Origin: Chrysemys picta bellii | Lineage: Eukaryota | Length of the DNA stretch: 64,000 nt | Assembly: GCF_011386835.1 (NCBI RefSeq) | Contig: NC_088807.1 | Span: forward strand, 25,730,001-25,794,000 | Reading direction: 5' to 3' | Shown here: positions 34,649-58,349 of the stretch, piece by piece | Layout: each line of letters opens with the position of its first letter | Position numbering within the stretch: position 1 is the first letter of the stretch | Notes under the pieces: model-generated | What the model was told of the DNA's origin: nothing | The model's input: the letters and a program-made list of their open reading frames with translations, nothing else | Database searches by the model: none | Position numbers and translations under genes: made by a program

Positions 34649-36525
34649 GCCCTGCGCCACAGGCAAGGGGGGGGTGTTCAGATTCCCCCCCCGCTCCCTC
34701 CATGATGGACCAACCCACTCTCTTAAAGGGCTACAGCCGTGCCAAACAACTCACCAGCAGCGAGAAAGGGCTTTCTTCCCCCCCCCCCCCATCCACTGGG
34801 GGGTCGGGTCCATCCCACCCCAATGCATTCACTGGGGATGGCTGCTCCCATCCCCACACCTCCTCTAGGGCTAGCCCCCTTGATCTCCACCCCCCCAGGC
34901 ATGAGACAAGCCGCCTTCTGCTCCAGCCCGTCCCCCACTCCCGCAGCAGGCAGTGAGGATCACAGGTATGCGGGGGGGGTGTCATCCATTACTAACCCCC
35001 CCCCCCCCATAAACCTGGGACCAGCTGCATTAACATTACCAGCCCCTGGGCTCCGAGCCATTTCTCCCCCCAAGGGGGGGTGGGGCTGACTCTGTGGAGC
35101 AGGTGCAAGATAAAGGCTCCTCTATAAATCCTGGCGTGTGCTCTGCTAAACTCCAGATGGCCAGCAGGACCAGAGGAATACGGCCCTCCGTTTTTGTTAG
35201 TGTAGGACCTACAAGTGGGCTGGGGGCCAGGCTCCATGGACACAGTGCGATGTGGGATGGGATATGAGCCTTTCCCCTCGATGGGGCACCTGCCGCGGGC
35301 GGACGACAGGCACTCGCTGTCTTTGCTTTTCGGGTTGATTACTGCAATACAAGGTTCATGACACGTGTGCCGTTGTGCCCCCTTTAATCGCTGCTCGCCT
35401 CAGCCATGGGCCAGGGAGCGCCACCCGCAGACCCCTCGCCCCCCAGCAAGGTGCCGTCTCGTCCCGTTTGCCTACTGCCAGAGCAGCACGAGGTCCTACG
35501 GGCGTCACTTTAATAGAGCCCCCAGCAGCTCCCGAACCGCAGCCACAAACCCACCGGTGCCGATTGACTAGGAAACGCTTTTAAGCGCTTATGGGGCGCG
35601 GGCACAGCTCGGCGTTGGTGACAAAGGGAAAATCACAAGCCCGTTCCTAATCTTCACCAGGGCAGTAACTCTCCCAGCGAACGCGTTCCCACCCCCACCC
35701 CTTCGTCGTACTTCTGGCTAATGAGAACGCTGTCTCGTTAGGCCCAGCCCCTCCCATAGGCTCCAGGGGGATTGCTTTGTCTTCCCCATGCTCTTGTTCC
35801 ATTGTGTAAGGGGGGGCGAGGCAGGTGATGTCACCGGCTCTGGGGCATAGGGGGTATTTAGCAGCTCTGAGTCCTCCAGGGCTGATATCTGGGCCTTCTG
35901 TTCATGGTCCTGTAGTTATGTCTAAGGGGTTAGTCTGCGGATGGTTTCCAGACTCACAATATGTTTCAGTAACAGTCATAGAGCGAAATCTCCTAACTCC
36001 CTCTCTGACGTTGATACACACATTGTAACAGGACAATGATGTTCAGCAGATGATGGCTTTTCAAATGATACCGCACACGGCATACTTTGTACAAAATATC
36101 ATAACCATACACAAGCGGTGAACGGGGGGGGGGGGGGAATTTACAGCGTATTACAATGCGACTGAGGGTGGGGTGTGTCTGTGCCACTAGGCAAAGGGAG
36201 GAGCAGTAGAGGGTAAAAGCCAGGCTTTTTCCCTTCCAGGCAGTTGGGTGTGAAAGCAGGGGGTCTGGATTCAATTCCCAACACGCCCCAGCTGTTTCAA
36301 ACTGAGCTGCAGCTCCGTGCGGGGTGAGCCCTTCCAGTGCAGTGTTATGTACAGCTGTTGCCCCACCCCAGAGGTGGCTGCATCTCGATGCCAGGTGAGA
36401 GCGGGAGAGGGTGGTGGATCTCACAGCCGGAGTTTAATGTTCCCATAGCTAGAAGTCCATTAACAGCGTCCCCCCCCCCCCCCCCGTGCAATTCTGGCCT
36501 CGGGCGGAGGGCGTCCCCAGGGGCC

Positions 36526-41179
<4,654 letters not shown>

Positions 41180-41584
41180 GCTGCAGGAGCGGTGGATTCT
41201 GGGGGGGCCCCTCCCGGCTCCGAGCAACAGGCAGCTGAAGAGTGGGGGGAGGGGCAGGGGGTGAGAGGAGCATGAGGCTATGCTCCAGCCCCCCATGCCC
41301 AGCTGTCTGCCCCCCACCCAGCTCCCTCAACCCCACTGCCCCCCAGGATCGCCCTGCCCCCCAAAAATCCCCCACTGTCCTCCCTATACACAGCCTCACA
41401 GCCCCCCAAATCCCCCCGCCTCCCACTGTGCCCCAGTCCCCTCACTCCTCCCCAAGCCCCCACCCCCACCACTATGTTTCTATCTGGGTGCCCCCTGCCC
41501 CACAGCATTCGCCTTGCCCCCCATCCCCCAAATCCATCTCCCCAAACCCGCTGACCCCACAATCCCAACCTCACAGCCCAGCCC

Positions 41585-41975
41585 CACCTCCCCACTGCCC
41601 CCACGAACCCAGCCCCACCTGCCCCCCAATCCCAGATGCCCCCTCCTGCCCCACCTGCCCCCACGAACCCAGCCCCACCTGCCCCCCAATCCCAGACCCT
41701 CCCTCCTGCCCCACCTGCCCCCACGAACCCAGCCCCACCTGCCCCCCAATCCCAGATCCCCCCTCCTGCCCCCACGAACCCAGCCCCACCTGCCCCCCCA
41801 ATCCCAGATGCCCCCTCCTGCCCCACCTGCCCCCACGAACCCAGCCCCCCCTGCCCCCCAACCCCAGACCCCCCCACCTGCCCCCACGAACCCAGCCCCC
41901 CCTGCCCCCCAATCCCAGACCCCCCCTCCTGCCCCCACGAACCCAGCCCCCCCTGCCCCCCAACCCCAGACCGCC
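41585..41975. repeat. C-rich minisatellite (48-60 bp, about 7 copies) in WDR45 intron 1
   Basis: CCCACGAACCCAGCCCC(A/C)CCTGCCCCCCAA(T/C)CCCAGA units. Confidence 0.9.
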
Positions 41976-42072
41976 CCCAGGCCCTGGTTACCCCGCAGGA
42001 AGGGGGGCGGGAGGCAAACACCAGCTGATCTGGTTCTGCCGGGTCACACAGGGGAAGGGACGCTGACAGTTC

Positions 42073-42182
42073 GTCACGTGATCGCCCTGGATGATGGGGG
42101 AAGCCTTGGCGGCCATGTTCGACGCTGGCAACGGAGCTGTGTTGCCCTTAGTAACGCCCGTTGGCAGCCATCTTGGCTACTG
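42073..42182. promoter_or_regulatory. WDR45 promoter elements: CLEAR-like E-box GTCACGTGAT plus two YY1 motifs
   Basis: GTCACGTGAT at 42073-42082; GGCGGCCATGTT at about 42108; GCAGCCATCTTGG at about 42165. Probable non-coding exon 1 donor (GG|GTAACC, minus strand) near 41988. Confidence 0.55.
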
Positions 42183-42254
42183 GCAAATAGCCAAACAGCC
42201 CCCCCCCCGCATGTCAAAGGAAATAGTCACACCCCCCCACCCCCAATGGAGACC

Positions 42255-43950
42255 TGGGAGCCAGGACTCCTGGGTTCTCTCCCCGGCTCTGGGAGGGGAG
42301 TGGGGGCTGGTGGTTAGAGCAGGGGGCTGGGAGCCAGGACTCCTGGGTTCTCTCCCCGGCTCTGGGAGGGGAGTGGGGGCTGGTGGTTAGAGCAGGGGGG
42401 GCTGGGAGCCAGGACTCCTGGGTTCTCTCCTGGCTCTGGGAGGGGAGTGGGGGCTGGTGGTTAGAGCAGGGGGCTGGGGGCCAGGACTCCTGGGTTCTCT
42501 CCTGGCTCTGGGAGGGGAGTGGGGGCTGGTGGTTAGAGCAGGGGGGGCTGGGAACCAGGACTCCTGGGTTCTCTCCCCGGCTCTGGGAGGGGAGTGGGGG
42601 CTGGTGGGTTAGGGCGGGGGGGGGCTGGGAGCCAGGACTCCTGGGTTCTCTGCCTGGCTCTGGGAGGGGAGTGGGGGCTGGTGGTTACAGCAGGGGGGGC
42701 TGGGAGCCAGGACTCCTGGGTTCTCTCCCCGGCTCTGGGAGGGGAGCGGGGGCTGGTGGTTAGAGCAGGGGGGGGCTGGGAGCCAGGACTCCTGGGTTCT
42801 CTGCCTGGCTCTGGGAGGGGAGTGGGGGCTGGTGGTTAGAGCAGGGGGATTGTCTCCTGCAGTCTATGCCTGTGCTGCCCCCCCCTCCCCAAAGCGCCCC
42901 CTGGTGGGGCTGGAGCAGCCGGGAACTCCCCCCCCCCCCCAGTCATTCGTATCTCTCCTCCCCAACACACCCGTGAGAGGTGTGGAAAAGGGGAGGAGCC
43001 AATACAGTTACCTGTGCTGGGGTTCAGGGGCACCTGGGCTGAAGAGGGGGAGGGTTTTGTGTCTGATGGGGGCAGGGGGAGAATGATACACTCGCGGGGG
43101 GGGGCACGACCCAGGCAATCCTATGACCTTCCTAATACCCCCCCCCCCCCCCGCAGGGTGACCAGACAGCAAGTGTGAAAAATCAGGACAGGGGGTGGGG
43201 GGGTAATAGGAGCCTAGATAAGAAAAAGCCCCAAATATCAGGACTGTCCCTATAAAATTGGGACATGTGGTCACCCTCCCCCTCCCCCCCTGCTCCAAGC
43301 CGGGGAGAGAACCCAGGCATCCTGGTTCCCAGCCCCTGCTCTAACCACCAGCCCCCCCTTACTCCCATGCCAGGTGTAATATTAGCTGTGACCTTTCTAG
43401 AGGGGCACATGGGTCTCTTTGGAACAGCTCCCTGATTTGTTTTGCTTCCGCTGAGTCGATGTGGGGCTGACCGAGCCCTCCTACCGACACTCCCCAGTGC
43501 CCCCCATGCCCCAGGAGCCTGACTCCCAGCCCCCCCTTCTCCAACCCACTTGACCCCCCGAGCCCTGAGCCATGGAGCAAAAGCCAACTAAGATACCAGG
43601 TAAGGAAGCAAAGAGCTTGACAAAGTACCCTTGCCCTGAGTCGTGTCTAGTGGTTGGGGGGCTGGGAGCCAGGACTCCTGGGTTCTCTCCCCGGCTCTGG
43701 GAGGGGAGTGGGGGCTGGTGGTTAGAGCAGGGTGGGCTGGGAGCCAGGACTCCTGGGTTCTCTCCCCGGCTCTGGGAGGGGAGGGGGGGCTAGTGGTTAG
43801 AGCAGGGGGGGCTGGGGGCCAGGACTCCTGGGTTCTCTTCCTGGCTCTGGGAGGGGAGTGGGGTCTAGTGGTTAGAGCAGGGGGGGCTGGGGGCCAGGAC
43901 TCCTGGGTTCTCTCCTTGGCTCGGGGAGGGGAGCGGGATCTGCTGGTTAG
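42255..43950 (+). repeat. 71-bp tRNA-like minisatellite arrays (42255-42850 and 43655-43950)
   Basis: Same unit as at 26490. Confidence 0.9.
43155..43277. mobile_element. MITE with AGGGTGACCA terminal inverted repeats
   Basis: AGGGTGACCA at 43155 and TGGTCACCCT at 43268-43277. A related partial copy starts at about 55270 (AGGGTGACCAGACGTCCCG). Confidence 0.75.
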
Positions 43951-44429
43951 AGCGAGTAAAGCCTGGTCCTTTTTAATGTACCCAGCCACATCCTTGGCAT
44001 TAGTCCTGCTTAGGTGTGAGGTGCTTGTCTGTCCCCTAGATAGGGACCCCCCCCCAATTTCCTCCGGGGGGTCCTTTGCTGGGATCCGGCCCTTCCCCGA
44101 CCTCCCCCAGTCTGCTCCGCTCTTGATGTGACCGTGCTGGAAGATTTACACTTGGGGTGGGTCTGGAGTTGGGCCCCAGACTGGCAGGGGATTCGGAGAG
44201 CCTGGGGAAAGCGTCCCCTCCCCCCTTCTGCGCTCGGCAGGGGAACGTCCTCCCTGATCTCCGGCCTCCCTCTGTGAGGGGGCATCAGCCTTCGGTCCTG
44301 CGCCTGGCGCGCTGGCAGGGCTCCAGGGCACGTGGCTGATCAGCACGGGGAGCGGGCGGGGGGATTGGAGGCAGGGGACAGGGGACCCACTGTCTGGACA
44401 GGCACAGAGTCAGAGCTATGGGGGGCGGG

Positions 44430-45430
44430 GAACGGGGCAGGGCCTGTCCCCTCTAGGGGGCGCCGGCTCCCATCCGGCCCCAGGGCAGGGACTGGCCGGC
44501 GGGGGGGTGGGGAATGGGGTCTGGGGCCTGTCCCCTCTAGGGGGCGCCAGCTCCCGTCCGGTCCCAGGGCAGGGACTGGCCGGCGGGGGGGCGGGGAACG
44601 GGGCAGGGCCTGTCCCCTCTAGGGGGCGCCGGCTCCCATCCGGCCCCAGGGCAGGGACTGGCTGGTCCAGGGGGGCTGGGAACGGGGTCTGGGGCCTGTC
44701 CCCTCTGGGGGGCGCCGGCTCCCGTCCGGTCCCAGGGCAGGGACTGGCCGGCGGGGGGGCGGGGAACGGGGCAGGGCCTGTCCCCTCTAGGGGGCGCCGG
44801 CTCCCATCCGGTCCCAGGGCAGGGACTGGCCGGCGGGGGGGCGGGGAATGGGGTCTGGGGCCTGTCCCCTCTGGGGGGCGCCGGCTCCCGTCCGGTCCCA
44901 GGGCAGGGACTGGCTGGCTCAGGGGGGCTGGGAATGGGGTCTGGGGCCTGTCCCCTCTGGGGGGCGCCGGCTCCCGTCCGGTCCCAGGGCAGGGACTGGC
45001 TGGCTCAGGGGGTGGGGAACGGGGTCTGGGGCCTGTCCCCTCTGGGGGGCGCCGGCTCCCGTCCGGTCCCAGGGCAGGGACTGGCTGGCTCGGGGGTGGG
45101 GAACGGGGTCTGGGGCCTGTCCCCTCTGGGGGGCGCCGGCTCCCGTCCGGTCCCAGGGCAGGGACTGGCCGGCGGGGGGACGGGGAATGGGGTCTGGGGC
45201 CTGTCCCCTCTAGGGGGCGCCGGCTCCCATCCGGCCCCAGGGCAGGGACTGGCTGGCTCAGGGGGTGGGGAATGGGGTCTGGGGCCTGTCCCCTCTGGGG
45301 GGTGCCGGCTCCCGTCCGGCCCCAGGGCAGGGACTGGCCGGCGGGGGGACGGGGAATGGGGTCTGGGGCCTGTCCCCTCTGGGGGGCGCCGGCTCCCATC
45401 GGCCCCAGGGCAGGGACTGGCTGGCTCGGG
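44430..45430 (+). repeat. Tandem array of 12 x about 84 bp, each unit carrying a CTCF-like motif
   Basis: Each unit has CCCCTCT(A/G)GGGGG(C/T)GCC; five units carry the CCTCTAGGGGGCGCC version. Confidence 0.9.
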
Positions 45431-45612
45431 GGTCGGGGTGGGGGTGGGGATCAGTGTTATCTGCAGTGTACACAGCATGGGGGGTCAGTGATCTCGGTGT
45501 CCTGTCCCTCCCCCCGCCCCCGGCAAGCTGCCCAGAGGGTGGGACCGGCTGGTCCCAGGGCAAGGGGCAGCCTGTGGGGCTGAGACGCCTGCTGAGCTCC
45601 CAGGGGGGCAGG

Positions 45613-52694
<7,082 letters not shown>

Positions 52695-55600
52695 CTGCTC
52701 CTGCCCATTAAAGCCGATTCTCTCCTTTGCCACGGCTGTGTAGTCGGTGCTGTTCTCCCCAGGAGGGTGGTGAAGCTAGACTGGGGCCCCGGCTCCTGGA
52801 GACACGGATTTCCGCATGACCTCGGCTTTTAATTGGTTTCTAGCCCACAGCGAGCCTGAGCCAGTCACTTGGCAAGGGGGTGCTGCCCCGAGCAAGGCTG
52901 CCTGAGTCTGCAGAGAGCCTGAGCCAATTGCTCGGCAAGGGGGAGCTAATCACGCAGCAAGGCTCCGTGATCGCCATGGGGCATTACTCTCACGGGGAGG
53001 AACGCAGCAGCGGCAGACACAGCCCCAGCTGGCAGGTTCCCGACCCACTCTGCTGTGCAATGCTAAGATCTGGGGCCCCCCGAGTAACAGAATTGACCCC
53101 CACCGCTAACAGGGGAGGGGCTTTATGTGAAAGTAATGTTGGGTGAATTACAAGGGTCAGAGGTCACTTCTGGGCCCCTCTGTGGAGAGGATGGGAGGGA
53201 GGGGTTTGCACAAGCCCCAGAAAGGCGAGGAGGGGTCTCTGGGGCTGTGCCAGGGGGCACTGGAATCAGGAGGGCAAAGGCAGTGTCCCAGGGGATCCTT
53301 GGGCGCTGGGCTCAGCGTGGGCAGAGGCCCCTGCTCCCGGGGCCGCTGGTTCACAAGGCGCTGTGGGGTGGATGGGTGAGGTGGACGAGGCTGACTGCTT
53401 CCTCCTGCGCGCCCCCTCCTGCGTGCCCCCTCCTGCGTGCCCCCTCCTGCGTGCCCCCTGGCTGGCCCCACCAGCGGCTGCAGGGGCACTAGTGTTGCAG
53501 GACAGGGCCTCTGCAGCCGCTGTCTGGTCCAGGCAGTGGGGTCCTGGCTCTGGATCTGACGGGCAGAGGCTGGAACGGGGGCTGGGACAGCTGGGCTGGG
53601 ACTGCCCCCCCCCCCCCCGAGCCCACGTGGGCACCAGCAGCCCTTAGGGGGCACAGTCGACTACCCCCAAACCTCAGCCCCCTTGGTTGCCCAGGGACTA
53701 TCCCCCCTGGGGTTTTAGCCCCCGTCGTCCTATCCACAGCCCCATGGCCCTCTGAGTGACCCCCAGCACCTGAACCTCAGCCCCCTGGGGCTAGCCCCCG
53801 CAAGCACGTACCTTGGCAACCAAGTGTAGGATCTGCATCTTGGAGGTCTCCTTGGTGGCCCGCACCCCCCACTGGAACTCGAACTTGGCCGGGTCCGTGT
53901 TGGGCATGGGGCTGTACTCCAGGTACCTGAGGGGTCGGGGCACGGGGATCAGCGACCATCAAATCTTCATACACAACCCTGCCCACATCCTCCCTCGGGG
54001 CTCAGCCCCCACCACTCAGCCCCACTTCCTCCATCTGACCCCAGTAACCGGCTCCCAGCATGGCAGAGTGGGTACACCACTGGGTTCCGGACACCTGGGT
54101 TCTAGCTGGCCCACTACTTCTTTCCTTGTGCCTCGGTTTCCCTGCAGTCCCTGAGGGGCCCAGCCTCCACCTCCCCCATTGCAACTCCATGCGCCCCTCC
54201 CTTTCCCAAAGGTCTTGGGGCTTCCCACTCTCCCCCTCGGGAAAATGGCTCGCTTGATCTCGCCAGCCGCCAGAGAAGGGTAAAGGGCCAGCCCAGCTGC
54301 GTGTGTCCCTGACACCTGCGGGCACAGGGAACCAGCCACCTGTGTGGCGGGGAAGCAAGGTCCTCTGGGGCAGGGTATAAACCGTCAGGCTCTGGGCTCC
54401 GCCAGCCACGCGGGATTCAAACCGCCCGCCCCCGGGCTCCCAGAGCAGCCACCCGACCCACCGGGCCATCACAGCACCTCGGACAGGCCCAAAGCTCCCC
54501 TATGGTGAGTGAGAGCCAGGACTCACCGCCAGCCCTTCACCTCCCCTATCCCACCAGCCCCCACTCCCGTCCCAGAGCCGGCCACAGAACCCAGGAGTCC
54601 TGGCTCCCCCCGCCTCGCTCTAACCACTCCCCTCCCTGACAAGCCCAAACTTACTTTTGCTGGACAAATTCCACAGTCACCAACTCCCTGACATCCCCAA
54701 AGACCTCGTGTCTCTTTCTGGAAGGGTTGGGGACAGGAATGTGTTAAAGGGGCCGGGCCTTAGGGGGCACAGCCCCCCTGCTGCCACACCCCGGCTCTGC
54801 AAGCCCCGCCATTGGCTGGCTGGTGCCCAGAGGGGGAGGAGATTAATCCCTGGTATCCCAGACTCCACACCTACCTGGGTTCAACCTGCAGTTTCTTCAA
54901 CATCTCCCACACCTCAGCTGAAAGGGCAGAGAGAGCCTGTCCGTCAGGAGGCGGGGCCCACAGGGAAGGGGCGGGGCTTACACTCTTTAGCACCATTGCC
55001 CTTCATGAAGATGAAGCTGAGGACGATGAGGAAGTCCAGCTTGGCCGTGCGATGGTCCGTGCAACGCACAAGGGGGGCGTCACTCACCTGGGGATCTCTG
55101 CGGAGGACTGGGGATCTGGACAAGGAGGTAAGGGGTTTAATGGCAGAGCAAAGACTCCGCTCAAACCCTCCAGAGCTGGAAAAAGAACCCTGGCGTCCTA
55201 GCTCCCAGCCTCCCCCACTCTAACTACTAGACCCCACTCCCCTCCCCGAGCGGGGGATAGAACCCAGGTAGGGTGACCAGACGTCCCGATTTTATCGGGA
55301 CTGTCCCGATATTTACTTGTTCGGTCGGGACACGAATTGTCCCGATATTTTGCCCTGACATTAGGAGAGGAGTGGCAAGAGGAAAGGGCTACAATATAAA
55401 GTAGCCAAGACCGACCCACCACCGCAAGGCAAACGTAACGGCTCTGAACTATGTTTAAAGATTGCTCAGTTGAAAGATGGTCCCTCATGCAGCAGGGTGC
55501 CCCCTAGCGCCTGGCACTGACTGGCAGGGGAGCCCCTGCGCCCCACAGCGCAGCATCCCCTAGCCCCTGGCACTGCCCCGGAAGAGCGTCACCTGCCCGA

Positions 55601-55939
55601 GGGTCCTGCTGGCTAGGTTAGTGATCTCGGAGTAGACCTCTTTGCAGTCTTTGATGGGATTCTTCAGAACACCTACAAGGGGGGAGCGGGGGAGCCCTGT
55701 TACAGCCTTTCCGATGGCTCCTAGCACCCCCTGCTGGCAGGTAGTGGCAGAACCGGAAATGGAACCCAGGGGTCCGGAGTTGTAACTTCTTAGTGACTGT
55801 TCCAGGGACAGCAACCTCCTCATCAGACACCCCGTCCTCCTCCTGGGGCTCCCATAACCTGCCTCATGGGGATTCAAGTCGGGGCTCTGAAGGTTTCAAC
55901 CCTTGCTGGTGCCTGGGAAATCAGGACCCCTGGGTTCCA

Positions 55940-56400
55940 TCTGCAGCTCGGGGAGGGGAGTGGGGTCTAGTGGTTAGAGCAGGGGGGCTGGGAGCCAGGA
56001 CTCCTGGGTTCTCTCCCGGCTCTGGGAGGGGAGTGGGGGCTGGTGGTTAGAGCAGGGGGGCTGGGAGCCAGGACTCCTGGGTTCTCTCCCGGCTCTGGGA
56101 GGGGAGTGGGGTCTAGTGGTTAGAGCAGGGGGGGGTGGGGAGCCAGGACTCCTGGGTTCTCTCCCGGCTCTGGGAGGGGAGTGGGGTCTGGTGGTTAGAG
56201 CAGGGGGGGCTGGGAGCCAGGACTCCTGGGTTCTCTCCCGGCTCTGGGAGGGGAGTGGGGGCTGGTGGTTAGAGCAGGAGGGGCTGGGAGCCAGGACTCC
56301 TGGGTTCTCTCCCCGGCTCTGGGAGGGGAGTGGGGGCTGGTGGTTAGAGCAGGGGGCTGGGAGCCAGGACTCCTGGGTTCTCTCCCCGGCTCTGGGAAGG
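55940..56400 (+). repeat. 71-bp tRNA-like minisatellite array
   Basis: Same unit as at 26490, about 6.5 copies. Confidence 0.95.
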
Positions 56401-56605
56401 GAGCGCAGGGCCGTGACTACAGAAAAGCTCATCCAAGCGCATAGATGTGGCACGTGCCGTGTGAAAAGCACCTTGCTGAATCCTGACTCTGCTGCGTCAG
56501 AGACCTGGGTTCAGACTGAGTGGGGAAGAGAAGTGGCCTCGGGGAGCCCCTCTGCTAACCTGAAGGGGGCTGTGGAACCCCCCCCAACTCCATGACCATC
56601 TAGCA

Positions 56606-56786
56606 CAGGGGTCCTCAAACTGGGGGTCGGGAGCTGTCACCCTCCCCCCCCAACCCTGCTTGGCTCCAGCATTTGTAATGGCGTTAAATATATTAAAAAG
56701 TGTGTTTAATGTAGTGGGGGGTGGGGTGGCACTCAGAGACTTGCTGTGTGAAAGGGGGCACCAGTCAAAAAGTTTGAGACCCACTG
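56606..56786. mobile_element. hAT-type MITE with TIRs and an 8-bp TSD
   Basis: TIRs CAGGGGTCCTCAAACT / AGTTTGAGACCCACTG; TSD ATCTAGCA (56598-56605) and ACCTAGCA (56787-56794). Confidence 0.85.
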
Positions 56787-57519
56787 ACCTAGCAGGCATC
56801 TTATGTGCCCGTCTGATGGGGATTTTCTTCTAATCCTTGACCAGCTGGGATTGCACCAATTTACTCAGCTGCAGCGGGAGGACAAGCTGTGTCACCCCAA
56901 GGGAGGGGGCTGCCCTGGGGGAAGAACAGGCCCCCAGGAGCAACAGAGACCCCTGAGACTCTCTCCAAGTTGCGCTGCACCTGGCTGGGGGTCTGGGTCT
57001 GGGTCAGCGCGTCGTCCTCTTCCCGGGCCACGTTGTCCACCTGGGCCGAGGCGGGAGCGGAGCGGAGCAGAACGTGGGGGTAGGGAAGGGTTTGGGTGCC
57101 AGACTCTCTTTGCGAGGAGGGAGAGCTGGCTAAGGGAATGGGGCCTTTCCCCACTAGGGGGTGCCGGCTCCCATCTGGCCCCGGGGGGGGGGGGTGGCTG
57201 GGGGCAGAGGGGTGAGGAGTGGGGCATGGGGGGAGGGGGCACAGTGTAGGGGAGTATCCCCAAGGCAAGCTCCAGCCCTCGTTCGGGCCGGGGGGCCGGG
57301 GCGCAGCCTCTGCTCCTCCCCCCAGTGCCGCCCTGGCGGATCCCAGCTCCCAGGGGAGGGGCTTCCAGGCCCATGCTCCTGCCTCTGGGCCCCGCTGTCC
57401 CCATGCCAGGGGGGCTCAAGGTCCTTACCCCCCCCAAGTGCCACCTCAGCCCCTCCCCCGTCCCTGGGACCGTCCTCACTGCCTGGCCCCCCATCCCCAG
57501 GGGCGCCCCCATCCCCCCG

Positions 57520-57740
57520 CAGGGGTTCCCTTAGCCCTGTTCCCCTGGGACACCCCCAATGCCTGGTGCACCCCTCCCCCCACGAGCTCCCCCTCCCCCC
57601 ACAGGGGTTCCCCAGCCCTGTTCCCCTGGGACACCCCCAATGCCTGGTGCACCCCTCCCCCCCCCCGAGTTCCCCCTCCCCCCGCAGGGGTTCCCCAGCC
57701 CTGTTCCCCTGGGACACCCCCAATGCCTCGGGCTCCCCCC
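57520..57740. repeat. Tandem repeat of about 88 bp (2.5 copies)
   Basis: GGGGTTCCCCAGCCCTGTTCCCCTGGGACACCCCCAATGCCT units. Confidence 0.85.
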
Positions 57741-58349
57741 AGCCCTGCCCTCGCCCTCACCCTCGTGCTGCGAACGGCCGCTCCCCTCCAGCCCCACCCT
57801 GTTTTGCGCCACTCCCAGCCCCGCCCCCTCGGGTTTAAACAACTGCGCCCGCACGATGGCGGCTGGTTTGCAGTCACGGTGGGCACGTGGGCGCCCTCCC
57901 TGGCCCGCCCCCTACAGGCCACGCCCACACGTACGCCCGCCAGCACGCCCCATTGCAGCTGCAGGACCCCCAGGACCCGGTCTCCTGGGTCCGCAGCCCC
58001 GGGCCCCGCCCCCACAGCAGCTTCAGGGGGACACTGAGGTGACACCGATCGGGGCCAGGGATTTCCCTGCCCCCCCGAGTGTGTGACCTAGTGACATGCC
58101 AGCGTCGTGCAAGGGCGACATTCAGACCGGCCTTACCACGCCAATGCGTGTCGCTGGGAGAGGCGCCCAGACCCGGCCTGGCTGCCGTCCGCAGCTCTGG
58201 TGTCGGCGCCGTCGGCCGACCGAAGCGTCTCAGCGACGTCTGCGTGAGCCCTCCCTGACCGCTAGGGATGGGCTGGGGGGAAAGGCTGTATTTACATTCA
58301 CCCCTAATCTACCCGGGTATCCCGCAGACAGAGCGGTGCTGCCCAAGGG

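Larger units (their letters stand above)
53400..57040 (-). pseudogene. Intron-containing MAGE-family (NSE3/MAGED-like) gene, apparently disabled
   Basis: Exon remnants: 57040-56960 (TQTPSQVQRNLER), 56868-56805 (LSKLVQSQLVKD*KKIPIRRA), 55672-55593 (VLKNPIKDCKEVYSEITNLASRTLGQ), 55058-54982 (TAKLDFLIVLSFIFMKGNGAKE), 54917-54875 (EVWEMLKKLQVEP), 54717-54655 (HEVFGDVRELVTVEFVQQK), 53926-53812 ([38 protein letters not shown]), and from 53555 downward (IQSQDPTAW). This is a MAGE homology domain. Lesions: TAG at 56832-56830, and mutated or lost splice sites. Confidence 0.85.

Noticed and set aside
34650-36525. PRAF2 or another small gene between HDAC6 and WDR45
   Set aside because: No recognisable exons or splice-bounded ORFs; the region is UTR, repeat fragments and noisy sequence.
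56420-56470. CHIYAL peptide as the missing MAGE HIYIL exon
   Set aside because: It is in the wrong order relative to the other MAGE exons, hits a stop straight afterwards and has no splice sites; probably chance.
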